DNA of 60,795 nucleotides from NCBI GenBank assembly GCA_048885325.1, contig JBHLPZ010000002.1:1-60795 (forward strand). The letters run 5' to 3'. A program made the position numbers and the translations under genes. The notes below the pieces were generated by a model. It ran no database searches. It was not told the DNA's origin and saw only the letters and a program-made list of their open reading frames with translations. Each line of letters begins with the position of its first letter. The stretch's first letter is position 1. Positions 47,152 to 56,698 of this stretch are shown here, in pieces. Source of the stretch: Candidatus Odinarchaeota archaeon (GTDB taxonomy: Archaea; Asgardarchaeota; Lokiarchaeia; Sigyniarchaeales; SOKP01).

Positions 47152-48240
47152 TTATTTTTGGTTTGCTAAATATTCATTCATTTCAACAAAACTACTTGTT
47201 CTTATTAAAGCTGCTTTGAGAAATTGGAATCCAATATCATATGTGGAACCATCTCCTCCAATATGAATGACCCATGGTATTTCTCTATTATATAAGCCTT
47301 TTGCTTTCATTATCTTTTTTGCTGTAATGATTCCATCAGCAACAGTAGCTCCTGATTCGAATAAGTGGTGAACCCAAGGCACGTTCCAAGAAGTCACATT
47401 ATCTTTTGAAGTAGAGACTTCAGAGCAACTTGTATTATTGATATAAATAATGTTATTTCCCGAAACAGCTTGAGCTGCTGTGGCGAGTTGATTAAGAACC
47501 ATGCCTGCTCCACAACCAGGACAGAGTCCATGACCTGGCTGAAGATGTTTTTGAGGCTCTAAACTTTTGCGATTCACACGATAGAAGTCTATTGGCTTTT
47601 CTGCACCAAACTTTTCAATAAGTCCTTTTAGCTTTTTATTTCTCTGTTCGGTAAGATAGATGATTTCGTCAATTTCTTTTTCCATAAATTTAGGTTTAAA
47701 TAAATGTCTAAATCTTCCCATAGATTTCAAATATTCAACAAACTTTTCCTTATCGATATCTAATCCACGATAATAAGTAAATATTGGAATACCATCTTCT
47801 ACTCTTATGGTATATAAAGGCCAATAGCCACAATCTGTAGCCAATTTTGATATTTCCAGAGCTGCTGAAGCTCCATGTCTCCAACCTCTCATGCAATCTG
47901 AGTATGCTTGAATAAATGCAGAGCCATTTGATTTCAAAGCATCTGCAATTTTTCCCATGAAATCTGCCGGATAAGCAGGATTAACTGTTGCTAGGAAAAG
48001 TTTTTTAGTTCCATAAAAAGCAAAGGGAGTAACCAGATCTTGTTTCACTCCAATTTTTCCTGGTATTTTTTCTCCCGCAGGTCCAGTAGTGGTAGAAGCA
48101 TATGGTGGAGTTCCACCGCTTTCTTGAATTCCAGTGTTCATAAAAGCTTCATTATCATAATTGAAAAATAACACATTAGATTTTTCTTCTCTACTGAGGA
48201 TATCTTCGAAATTAATCACATTTCTTTCTGGTTTTGACAT
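47152..48240 (-). CDS. 2-oxoacid:ferredoxin oxidoreductase beta (TPP-binding) subunit with its canonical halves in swapped order
   Basis: 362 aa. YDNEAFMNTGIQ is at residues 28-39, SDCMRGW around 116, and GRFRHLF at 175-181. PGHGLCPGCG follows at 235-244, C272, and GGDGSTYDIG at 328-337. The start is 4 nt after the alpha-subunit stop. Confidence 0.8.
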   Translation of the reverse strand: MSKPERNVINFEDILSREEKSNVLFFNYDNEAFMNTGIQESGGTPPYASTTTGPAGEKIPGKIGVKQDLVTPFAFYGTKKLFLATVNPAYPADFMGKIADALKSNGSAFIQAYSDCMRGWRHGASAALEISKLATDCGYWPLYTIRVEDGIPIFTYYRGLDIDKEKFVEYLKSMGRFRHLFKPKFMEKEIDEIIYLTEQRNKKLKGLIEKFGAEKPIDFYRVNRKSLEPQKHLQPGHGLCPGCGAGMVLNQLATAAQAVSGNNIIYINNTSCSEVSTSKDNVTSWNVPWVHHLFESGATVADGIITAKKIMKAKGLYNREIPWVIHIGGDGSTYDIGFQFLKAALIRTSSFVEMNEYLANQK

Positions 48241-48243
48241 CTC

Positions 48244-49470
48244 TTAATCCACTCCATAAATTTTTTGTTTAGTTTCTCTAACACCTAAGTATTGATAAAG
48301 CTCTCCTTTCATATCCGTAACAGAGGCCATTTTCTTTTTAGCTATATCAAATTCGTCTCTAGTCACATCTCTACCCCCTAAACCCACAATAAAACTTCTA
48401 AAGAGCGTTCCGAGAGGGTACAAGGCTGATGCAATAGACATTGAAAATGGCGGAAGCATACCATTTAATGAATCTGACTTCTCTAGTATGATCAATTTTT
48501 CAATATTATGCTCTTCAATAATTTTTCTTAACTCTTCGTAAGGAAATGGTCTATAAGCCCGAACTTTAATAAGCCCAATATCCTTGTTTTTTGTCATCCA
48601 ACTAATAATATTTCCACACATTGAACCCATTGTACAAAAGGCTATTTTTGAAGAATTATCCAAGTTATATGTTTCAATCAAGTTATAATCTCTTCCTGTT
48701 TCCTTCCTAAATGTTTTAAAAACTTCCCTCATTTGACTTAAAACTGGTTTTTTAGCTTCATCTAAATTCTTTCTCCCTTCCATAAAATAAGAAGGTGTAA
48801 CGATTCCACCCCAAGTACCTGGATTTGATGGATCAATTGTATCTCTTAGCTTTTTTGGAGTCATTTTTAAAACAGTTTCATCTGGAATAAGAGTTAATTT
48901 TTGAACTGAATGTGAAATAATAAAACCATCATGTACGAACATCGTTGGGAATAAAGAATCTTCAGAAATCATCACTGAGAGAATTGCAGCATCATAAGTC
49001 TCTTGAACATTTTCTGATACGATGCAATTCCAACCCATTTCTGAATTAGTTTCTGTAAATTCCCAAGCATTCCAAATGCTTAAATTAGGGCTATTAAAGG
49101 CTCTAGCACTTATCATCATAGTTAATGGGAGTCTCCAGCCTACTGCCATAGGTAATGCCTCAGTCATTAATAAATATCCTTGGCTAGCTGTTGCAGTAAA
49201 TGCTCTTGCTCCAGCTGCGCAGGCTGCTGTCGAGAAACTAATAGCTGCTAATTCTGATTCTACATTAACAAAAGCTGCCTTTAATCTTCCTTGATGAACA
49301 ACGTCAGATAGACCTTCTACTGATTGGGTTTGTGGTGTGATAGGAAAAGCACAAATTACATCTGGATCTGTCTGAGTCACACCTCCAGCGACGGCATAAT
49401 TTCCAATCATCGTAGTTGTTATTGGTTCTTTTATCTCTTTAAAAAATAATCTCATAGGTTCTATTGACAC
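48244..49470 (-). CDS. 2-oxoacid:ferredoxin oxidoreductase alpha subunit
   Basis: 408 aa. It has GNYAVAGG, FPITPQT, ESELAAIS, GARAFTATASQGYLLM, and a domain II. Confidence 0.85.
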   Translation of the reverse strand: MSIEPMRLFFKEIKEPITTTMIGNYAVAGGVTQTDPDVICAFPITPQTQSVEGLSDVVHQGRLKAAFVNVESELAAISFSTAACAAGARAFTATASQGYLLMTEALPMAVGWRLPLTMMISARAFNSPNLSIWNAWEFTETNSEMGWNCIVSENVQETYDAAILSVMISEDSLFPTMFVHDGFIISHSVQKLTLIPDETVLKMTPKKLRDTIDPSNPGTWGGIVTPSYFMEGRKNLDEAKKPVLSQMREVFKTFRKETGRDYNLIETYNLDNSSKIAFCTMGSMCGNIISWMTKNKDIGLIKVRAYRPFPYEELRKIIEEHNIEKLIILEKSDSLNGMLPPFSMSIASALYPLGTLFRSFIVGLGGRDVTRDEFDIAKKKMASVTDMKGELYQYLGVRETKQKIYGVD

Positions 49471-49472
49471 TT

Positions 49473-50474
49473 TTAACTACCTCCTTCTTGATCTTCTGGA
49501 ACAGCACAAGACGCTGGACCTTGTTTTAATCTTTTACTTATAGCATCTACTGGGCATACTTCAAGGCAATTTTGACATGACTTACAATGGAATTGGTCAA
49601 TACCTTTCATGTGCCATAGTCCATCTTCTCCCTTTTCTCTAACTATAGCAAAATCAGGACAAATATACCAACATTGAGCACAGTCAGTACATTTTTCTTC
49701 ATCCCAAATCATATCCCATTCTCCCCAAGAACCAGTATTAACCTGTTCACTTCCCATTTCTATAACATTTTCATCACAATACCAAACTCCTGCTTTATCA
49801 ACTTCTTTATATCCTGGCAATCCAGGGAATACTTGTTGCCAAGGTACTTTTGTATCAATCATAAAGTCGGGATCTAAACCAATATCGTAAACACATGTTT
49901 CCTCAATCGCTTGTTTTATTGCAGCAATATTTTTAGCCGCTAATTCTCCTTTAAAACGTCTCATTATAGCATCTGCTAGAGCTTCTATCGAAAATATAGG
50001 CATAACACGGATAATGCCACCTAAAATAATGGTATTAGTTATATTTCTACCCAACACATCTAATGCTATTCTGGTTGCATCGATTGTGCCAATATTAATA
50101 TCTTTTCTAGCAACAACATCTTGAATTTCTACTTGATTTAAAACTGTATTAATAATCAACCACCCTCCCTTAGCTAATCCAGCAGTTACATCTATTTCTC
50201 CTAAAAGAGAAGGATCTAATACAGCTACAACATGAGGGGCATACACTTGTTCATTTGTTCTAACTAGATCCTCATTAGCACTCAATCTCACATAACTTTC
50301 CGTAGGAGAGCCCATACGTTCCGCTCCGAACATAGGTTGACAAACACCATAACCATAAAAGGCTTCTACACATAAGTTTGAAGCTGTTACACCACCTTGC
50401 CCGCCTCTCGCATGAAATCGAAGATTTATGACATTCTCTTTTAATATTTCTTTTAATTGTTCAGCAGTTAACAT
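49473..50474 (-). CDS. 2-oxoacid:ferredoxin oxidoreductase gamma-delta fusion subunit
   Basis: 333 aa. The N-terminal gamma domain has RFHARGGQGGVTAS. The C-terminal delta ferredoxin has CTDCAQCWYICP and CKSCQNCLEVCP. Confidence 0.8.
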   Translation of the reverse strand: MLTAEQLKEILKENVINLRFHARGGQGGVTASNLCVEAFYGYGVCQPMFGAERMGSPTESYVRLSANEDLVRTNEQVYAPHVVAVLDPSLLGEIDVTAGLAKGGWLIINTVLNQVEIQDVVARKDINIGTIDATRIALDVLGRNITNTIILGGIIRVMPIFSIEALADAIMRRFKGELAAKNIAAIKQAIEETCVYDIGLDPDFMIDTKVPWQQVFPGLPGYKEVDKAGVWYCDENVIEMGSEQVNTGSWGEWDMIWDEEKCTDCAQCWYICPDFAIVREKGEDGLWHMKGIDQFHCKSCQNCLEVCPVDAISKRLKQGPASCAVPEDQEGGS

Positions 50475-50678
50475 TTTTTTCGAATCTTAAATTTTTTTTC
50501 TAATTTTTTTTGCTTTAAAATAAACACTAAGAAGAATATTCTTAAAAAATTAAGGTTTATCCAATTATTTCATAAATTTTAATTCTGAAATGAAAAAAAC
50601 TCGTCTAAGTAATGTTAATATCAGAAATCTATAATTAATTCCAATTATAATAAATTCAATTAATCTATATTATTAATT

Positions 50679-51164
50679 ATGAATTTTCAAGAAAAGTCAA
50701 ACATATCTAATTCAGAAATCAATGAGGAGGCTATTTTTAAATCATTGAGCCATGAAATACGTCGAGATATTATTAGATATATTGGAATTAAGAAGGATTC
50801 GACTTTCACCGACATTAAAAAAAATATTATGACAATTGATAGTCCAACTTTATCATATCACCTTAAAAGTCTAAATCCTCTCATAATCCAAAAAGGAAGT
50901 ACATATAATTTATCAGAAATAGGAAAAGCTTCTTTTAGGTTACTTGAGAAAATAGATCAATCTGAACGAATTCAAAAGGGTAAGAAGCGGTTTTTAGAAG
51001 CTTACTTTACAACTGTAATTTGTTGGATATCTGCCAGCACCATTATTCCTCTGGTTTATTTATATGCACCTTTGGATTTTCTAATTCCAATAGTTCAAAT
51101 TGTCATTTCTATTCTCTCCACAGTAAACTACATAATTATTTGGAAATTGAGAAAATCTTTTTGA
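50679..51164 (+). CDS. ArsR-like winged-helix protein with C-terminal transmembrane helices
   Basis: 161 aa. The HTH region is FKSLSHEIRRDIIRYI...SPTLSYHLKSL. Two hydrophobic helices follow at the C-terminus. Confidence 0.55.
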   Translation: MNFQEKSNISNSEINEEAIFKSLSHEIRRDIIRYIGIKKDSTFTDIKKNIMTIDSPTLSYHLKSLNPLIIQKGSTYNLSEIGKASFRLLEKIDQSERIQKGKKRFLEAYFTTVICWISASTIIPLVYLYAPLDFLIPIVQIVISILSTVNYIIIWKLRKSF

Positions 51165-51239
51165 GAAAATTGATTAAATTTTTTTGATTTTGTTCTTTTC
51201 TCAATTTATTAATATCTAACCAGTTTACAGGATTTTCAA

Positions 51240-52553
51240 ATGTTAAAACGAAAAAAAACTAATTCAAACGAAGAGAAGGTAACTCCAGATTTTAATCCTA
51301 TGATCAAAATCATATTTTGGAATAGTTTAGGTTTTTTCTTTTTTTCATTTATAATACCGTTATTCACAACTCAATTGTTAGGAGCATCAGGCACAGAATT
51401 GGGACTTTCTTATGCAAGTCAACTATTTGGTGCATTATTAAGCACTCCAATTGTGGGATATCTTACCGATAGGGTATCGAAAAAAGTATTAGTGCTAATT
51501 GGTAGTTTTGGGCGAGGAGCTGGGTATATAATAATGTATTTCGCTATAATATATTCTTCTCTTCTTATTTTTAATATAGGTTTATTTATCTTGGGATTCT
51601 TTGTTGGAATATTTTGGAGCCCATTAGATGCATTAATTTCTGAAAAATCATATAAAAAGCATCGATCATATGCATTTGGAAAAAGGGGGGCGATGATGGG
51701 ACTAGGAAATTTAGTTGGAACCGTAATTAGTTTTGTAATTTTTGGATTAACAATTATTTTCATTCCTGAATTTACGCTTTTGGTATATAGCCCATTAATT
51801 TTGTTTGGCGCTTCTAACGTTTATGCTGGCATTATTTTTAACCGAAATGTGGATGAAGCCTTAACATTTGAAGATCACATTACTAAACTGAGAGAAATAA
51901 GAGATGATTCTTTTGCGATACCTCAAATAACCGAAACAAATTCACAAATTGAATCTAAGGCAAAAATTAGCTACATTTTTATTTTAGGATTTATAATTTT
52001 AATGTTTGCATTTCTTACAACTAATATGAATCAAATGCTTGCTCAACCCTTTCTTCAACCTTATTTAATTGAAGATTTGCATATTGATAATATCGCAATT
52101 GTTATGTTAATTCAGTTTCCTAGCCAAGTTTTAGCTTTATTAATCGCTCCAAAATTAGGCAAAATTGCTGATAATATCAATGCAATTATAGGTATTATAG
52201 CTGTAAGCAGCCTAGGTTCCTTGGTAACTTGGTTCATTATAAATTCGCCAACTGGTTGGATCTTTGGGTTGATATTAATTTTGGATTCCACTTTAGCATG
52301 GAGTGGAATGTTAATACTGCAAAATATCTTAAGTCGCATCTCAAAAACCAATCGTGGAAAAATTTTTGGAGCAACCCAATGGATAAGTATTTTAGGAGCA
52401 ATAGGAGGGCCAGTATTAGGTGGCTTTTTATGGGATGACTTTGGACATACAGCTCCTTTTATTCTTTCGATTTTTGTAGAATTATCAGTAATACCTTTAT
52501 ATTTAATAGCAATAAGGGTTTTAAAGCCCTATATGGCTGAAAAAATAGATTAA
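51240..52553 (+). CDS. major facilitator superfamily transporter
   Basis: 437 aa with about 12 TM helices and the MFS loop motif GYLTDRVSKK between TM2 and TM3. Confidence 0.75.
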   Translation: MLKRKKTNSNEEKVTPDFNPMIKIIFWNSLGFFFFSFIIPLFTTQLLGASGTELGLSYASQLFGALLSTPIVGYLTDRVSKKVLVLIGSFGRGAGYIIMYFAIIYSSLLIFNIGLFILGFFVGIFWSPLDALISEKSYKKHRSYAFGKRGAMMGLGNLVGTVISFVIFGLTIIFIPEFTLLVYSPLILFGASNVYAGIIFNRNVDEALTFEDHITKLREIRDDSFAIPQITETNSQIESKAKISYIFILGFIILMFAFLTTNMNQMLAQPFLQPYLIEDLHIDNIAIVMLIQFPSQVLALLIAPKLGKIADNINAIIGIIAVSSLGSLVTWFIINSPTGWIFGLILILDSTLAWSGMLILQNILSRISKTNRGKIFGATQWISILGAIGGPVLGGFLWDDFGHTAPFILSIFVELSVIPLYLIAIRVLKPYMAEKID

Positions 52554-52827
52554 TTTTTTTAAAAAAATTAACTGAAATAATCATAATTTTCTTGATAACG
52601 CATTTCTTTTTTTCCACTTGGGTAGTTCCACGAGGCATCCATTTGTTGTTTTTCAAGTATTTTTTGGGCGCCCTCTAATTTCCATAGCTGTTTTAAGGAA
52701 TCAACATCCTCTTCTAAAAGATTATACCGAATAAAATACAATAATGCCTTACTTTTCGTTAAAATAAGAGGAGGTATGGGATTAAATTTAAATTGCTTTT
52801 TCTATTCATCTAAATAATCTTCACCAT

Positions 52828-53754
52828 TTATACTTTGATAAATGATTCGAACCAATCTATAGGAAGTTTATCTTTAACTTTTTCAATAAACTTTTTAACT
52901 GGCAGGATTCCCAAGTCAGAAATTACTCCATCTATATATTGGGGAGGAGTTATATCAAAATAATAATTATGTACTTTAAGCAATTTCTGCTTTTTTTTCT
53001 TATTATACACTTCCTTTATAGGTTTTTCTTCAATTTTAACTTCATATCCATAATGGCTTAATAAATTATATTTAAAAGAATCACATATGGCATAAACTTG
53101 CGCATTTATGGATTTTGTTAGCACAGCTAGAGGATAAGTACCTATTTTATTAATAATAGAACCATCTTCTAATACACTGTCAACACCAATAAAAACAAAA
53201 TCAATTCTATCTATAAATTTTCCCATTGCAGCATCTATTATTAAATGAGTTTCATAACTTTTTGATAATAATTCAGCAACACGATAGCCTTCGAAAAGTG
53301 GACGAGATTCTAATATGTAAATAATTAGGTTATTCTTTTCATAATTATTTAATAGATCGGTTATTGTAGAACTGTATGAAAGCAACATAAGTTTTAGAGG
53401 TTCCTTTTGGAAATTTTTAAGAAATGATAGGAAATTTAAAGCTAAATTGGAAGTCAATTTTTCTCTTTCTTTTTCTAACTGATGAATTTTTAATAGAAGT
53501 GATTTTTTATTTATAATTTCTAAATCATGAATTAAAAAACCAATTGTATTAATTAATGGTGCCATACTAGGTCTGGAAGAGAAAATTTTTCTCGATAATT
53601 CCAAAATGGGAACTGTTATATCTTCATTTTGATCTTCAACATATTTTAGCTGAGAGATAATAATTTTTAGAGTCTTATCTATGAATTCATTGGCACCAGA
53701 TTTATTATCCCTTTTTAATTTATTAATTTCCTTTAAAATTTTCTTGTTAATCAA
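52828..53754 (-). CDS. eIF-2B alpha/beta/delta-related family protein (ribose-1,5-bisphosphate / MTR-1-P isomerase-like)
   Basis: 308 aa. The C-terminal core is FIGVDSVLEDGSIINKIGTYPLAVLTKSINAQVYAICDSFKY. TTG start. Confidence 0.7.
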   Translation of the reverse strand: MINKKILKEINKLKRDNKSGANEFIDKTLKIIISQLKYVEDQNEDITVPILELSRKIFSSRPSMAPLINTIGFLIHDLEIINKKSLLLKIHQLEKEREKLTSNLALNFLSFLKNFQKEPLKLMLLSYSSTITDLLNNYEKNNLIIYILESRPLFEGYRVAELLSKSYETHLIIDAAMGKFIDRIDFVFIGVDSVLEDGSIINKIGTYPLAVLTKSINAQVYAICDSFKYNLLSHYGYEVKIEEKPIKEVYNKKKKQKLLKVHNYYFDITPPQYIDGVISDLGILPVKKFIEKVKDKLPIDWFESFIKV

Positions 53755-53817
53755 TTTGGAATCAAATTCTCTTATTAAAAATATTTAATCGATTATGAAA
53801 TTAAAAGTAACCAAAAA

Positions 53818-54318
53818 TTATATCTCTTTTACTTTATCCGCATTTTTCACATAATCGGGTATAAATGTTGTTTTAAGTAGATTGGAATTTCCAGTAGAGA
53901 TTAAGTTTCCATTTAAATCATAAATCTCCGCAATGGCATGGATTATATTTCGACCCTCACGTATTATCTTTCCAATAACTTTTACTTTTTCACCGACTTT
54001 TACTTTTCCTAAGTAGTCAACATGGAAATCTATTGAAATAGGAAAACCTTCATAACCTAAAGTTGCTGTCGTCATACCTATTGTATCATCCATTAATCCG
54101 CATTGCATTCCTCCATGTAATAAACCAGTAGGATTTGCCATCTCAGGTCTTACTATAAATTCCAATTCTATCTTTCCATATTCTGCATTAATAAGCTTAC
54201 CATTTAGCCATTTTGAAAAAGGAGGTACAGGAAAATCTTTTAACTCTTGATTTTTAAAAGCATTAAATAATTTTATCATTCTTTCTGAGCGTTCCTTTAT
54301 TTTATCCATCTCATCCAT
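53818..54318 (-). CDS. PaaI-family hot-dog thioesterase
   Basis: 166 aa. The segment NPTGLLHGGMQCGLMDDTIG is typical of PaaI/4HBT-type acyl-CoA thioesterases. Confidence 0.75.
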   Translation of the reverse strand: MDEMDKIKERSERMIKLFNAFKNQELKDFPVPPFSKWLNGKLINAEYGKIELEFIVRPEMANPTGLLHGGMQCGLMDDTIGMTTATLGYEGFPISIDFHVDYLGKVKVGEKVKVIGKIIREGRNIIHAIAEIYDLNGNLISTGNSNLLKTTFIPDYVKNADKVKEI

Positions 54319-54439
54319 AAATTATTTCAATTCTATCAATACAATAAATTAATTTAATAAGATTTTACATGTTATAAAATTATTTTTATTATAATTATTT
54401 AAGATCAAGGAAAATGAACTTGCTTCCTGAAATTTATCT

Positions 54440-54736
54440 CTAAGATACTTTACCCAAAACTTGAGTTAATTTTCTTCTATATTCTGTAAAAGCTTCTCGT
54501 CCTTTTTCGGATAAATAGAGCAGCGTTTGAGGCTTTTTTCCTTTAAATCGTTTCTCAACATTCACATATCCTGCTTCTTCAAGTTTGGTGACATGCGAAG
54601 ATAAATTTCCCCATGTTAAATCTGTTTGATTTTTTAAAAATACCATATCTGCACTTTCTACTACGTATAAATAGGCCATAATGCTAAGACGAGCAGGTTC
54701 ATGAATTAATTTATCGATATCTGTAATTGAAGTTAT
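54440..54736 (-). CDS. small winged-helix transcriptional regulator (HTH_34/MarR-like); start uncertain
   Basis: The core is GNLSSHVTKLEEAGYVNVEKRFKGKKPQTLLYLSEKGREAF. The frame is open upstream of the track ATG and encodes ITSITDIDKLIHEPARLSI, which is helix 1 of this domain. No ATG, GTG or TTG lies in that stretch. Confidence 0.6.
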   Translation of the reverse strand: MTSITDIDKLIHEPARLSIMAYLYVVESADMVFLKNQTDLTWGNLSSHVTKLEEAGYVNVEKRFKGKKPQTLLYLSEKGREAFTEYRRKLTQVLGKVS

Positions 54737-54788
54737 TTTATCCTTATTATCTTTTTTTTTGCTCGTCTTAAATCCACCTTTGGATTTT

Positions 54789-55439
54789 TCAATCTTTTTT
54801 TGGCTTTGGATATTTACGCAAGAATTTTATGAAAAATATTAATCCAATAACCACTATAATTCCCCCAGGGACTCCAAATCCGAGTATGCTATCTAATGGA
54901 CTTCCTAGAATAGAATAAATTATATCCGAGAGGAAAAAGCTGAAGCCTCCCATAAGAGCATAAATATAAAGCCGATTAAATTCTAAGAAATAAGCTATAA
55001 TTGTAAAGGGAAAAGTATATGAAATTAAACCAATTAACAAAGGGGTTAACGATCCCCCTATAGCAAGAAATTCTAATAACCCAAAAAATGTCAGAATAAA
55101 AACAACAAAACCAAATAAAATATTAATTAAGAGGAATATTTTTAATTTTTTTTGTCGAGCTTTTCTTTTTTGTCCGAATTTAACAATTCCAATTCGGGGA
55201 ATGGTTATAACTTTCTTACCTAAATAAAATATTAAAAACGTTATAGTGTTCCAGATAATTGAAATTATCATTATTTCCAATGGTTCCAATATATCAAAAA
55301 TTATTCGAGTCCAACCCAAACTGAAACCTAATAATAACATACCAATAAAAATATCCCAAAAACCATCTTCAAAGAAAGATCTATACACTTTCTTTTCTAA
55401 AGATTTTATGTCTAATACATTACTATCAATATCATCCAT
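54789..55439 (-). CDS. polytopic membrane protein, tandem paralog B
   Basis: About 216 aa counted from the internal ATG (MDDIDSNVLDIKSLEKK). It is colinear with paralog A, including the C-terminal FIKFLRKYPKPKK. Its ATG overlaps the stop of paralog A (ATGGATGA). Confidence 0.55.
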   Translation of the reverse strand: MDDIDSNVLDIKSLEKKVYRSFFEDGFWDIFIGMLLLGFSLGWTRIIFDILEPLEIMIISIIWNTITFLIFYLGKKVITIPRIGIVKFGQKRKARQKKLKIFLLINILFGFVVFILTFFGLLEFLAIGGSLTPLLIGLISYTFPFTIIAYFLEFNRLYIYALMGGFSFFLSDIIYSILGSPLDSILGFGVPGGIIVVIGLIFFIKFLRKYPKPKKD

Positions 55440-56082
55440 TTGAAATATCCTCCTTTTTTGGTAATGGATAGTTTTTAAGAAATCGAACAAAAATTATAAT
55501 TCCCATAGAAAGAATTATAATTCCAATGATTCCAAACGAGAAAAGCCATCTAATTCTGTAATCTATTGACCGGTTTAATGTTTCATTAATGATAATACCC
55601 ATCCAAATAAGTACTCCAATTGCATAACACCTTGGATATTTTAATAAATAAGCTATAATCGTGAAAGGGGGTATGATAAAAACCAAGCCAATAATCAATA
55701 TAAAAAGAATACCCTCTACTTTTACTCCAGATGTGATTCCAATGAAAGGTAAAAGAAAGATTGTTAATGTGAATATAACTTGGATTAGTGTAATAATAAT
55801 TATTTTTTTTCCAACAGATTTTATTTTCGGTCCAGGTTTTACATATCCCATTCTAGGTCTGATGACGTATATAGTAACGATAAATATTACTACAAAAACT
55901 ACACACAAAAGAATTAGTGGCCATAAAAAATATCTATAAGGTTCAGGTAAAGCCTCACGAAAAATGGGACCAAATGCCATTCCTGTATAAATAAAACCGA
56001 TTGACATGTCGAAAAGCCCATGTTGATGAGCAGTTTTTATAATCTTCTTTTGTATAGCTTCTAAATCAATATCTTCAACCAT
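55432..56082 (-). CDS. polytopic membrane protein, tandem paralog A
   Basis: 216 aa. It starts MVEDIDLEAIQKK, has about 5 TM helices, and ends FVRFLKNYPLPKK. Confidence 0.55.
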   Translation of the reverse strand: MVEDIDLEAIQKKIIKTAHQHGLFDMSIGFIYTGMAFGPIFREALPEPYRYFLWPLILLCVVFVVIFIVTIYVIRPRMGYVKPGPKIKSVGKKIIIITLIQVIFTLTIFLLPFIGITSGVKVEGILFILIIGLVFIIPPFTIIAYLLKYPRCYAIGVLIWMGIIINETLNRSIDYRIRWLFSFGIIGIIILSMGIIIFVRFLKNYPLPKKEDISNG

Positions 56083-56214
56083 GTAATAAACTAAATCCTC
56101 TTTTTATTACTTATAATGTATATCTTTTTTCCTCCTTTCATAAACTTTTTTTATTTTTTAATTAATAATTGAAAAAAATTTTAATTTTAATTTTAGCCCT
56201 TAATTATGTTAAAC

Positions 56215-56637
56215 TTATTCTATTTTATTTCCACAATTTGGACAAAAAATTGCATCTGAAGTTGTTTTGGCACCACAATAAGGGCAATACATTTCATATG
56301 ATCTTTTAGAGTCTTTTTGGGGTTTTACTTGATAATCATAATCTTGGGATTGTAGTTCATGTTCATGGCTATATCTTGTTATTATTTCTTGACGCGAATT
56401 TTTGCTTTTTATCAATACAATCATGAAAATAGCAAAAAATCCACAGATAGCTAGTGCAATAATTATCGTAAGCAAAATTCGAATTGAGCCAAGTTTAGAA
56501 TTATAATGCTCTGAGGAATAAAAAAAGGCTAACATCATAATAAACATTCCAACTAACACTAATAAACCTACTATTATGCTAATTCCTTTTCTCTTATTAT
56601 TATCCTTACCTGCTGAGATAATTGGAATATATGCCAA
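56215..56637 (-). CDS. membrane protein with a C-terminal zinc ribbon
   Basis: 140 aa with two TM helices, then CPYCGAKTTSDAIFCPNCG. TTG start preceded by AGGAGG. Confidence 0.5.
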   Translation of the reverse strand: MAYIPIISAGKDNNKRKGISIIVGLLVLVGMFIMMLAFFYSSEHYNSKLGSIRILLTIIIALAICGFFAIFMIVLIKSKNSRQEIITRYSHEHELQSQDYDYQVKPQKDSKRSYEMYCPYCGAKTTSDAIFCPNCGNKIE

Positions 56638-56698
56638 CTATATTCTTCCTCCTATCTTTTTTTAATAAAATTATGAAAAAAATTGAGTTTTAATATTT

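Noticed and set aside
49473-50474. The gamma-delta fusion subunit of the OFOR as a novelty.
   Set aside because: Fusions of neighbouring OFOR subunits are common across archaea and bacteria. I noted it in the features only.
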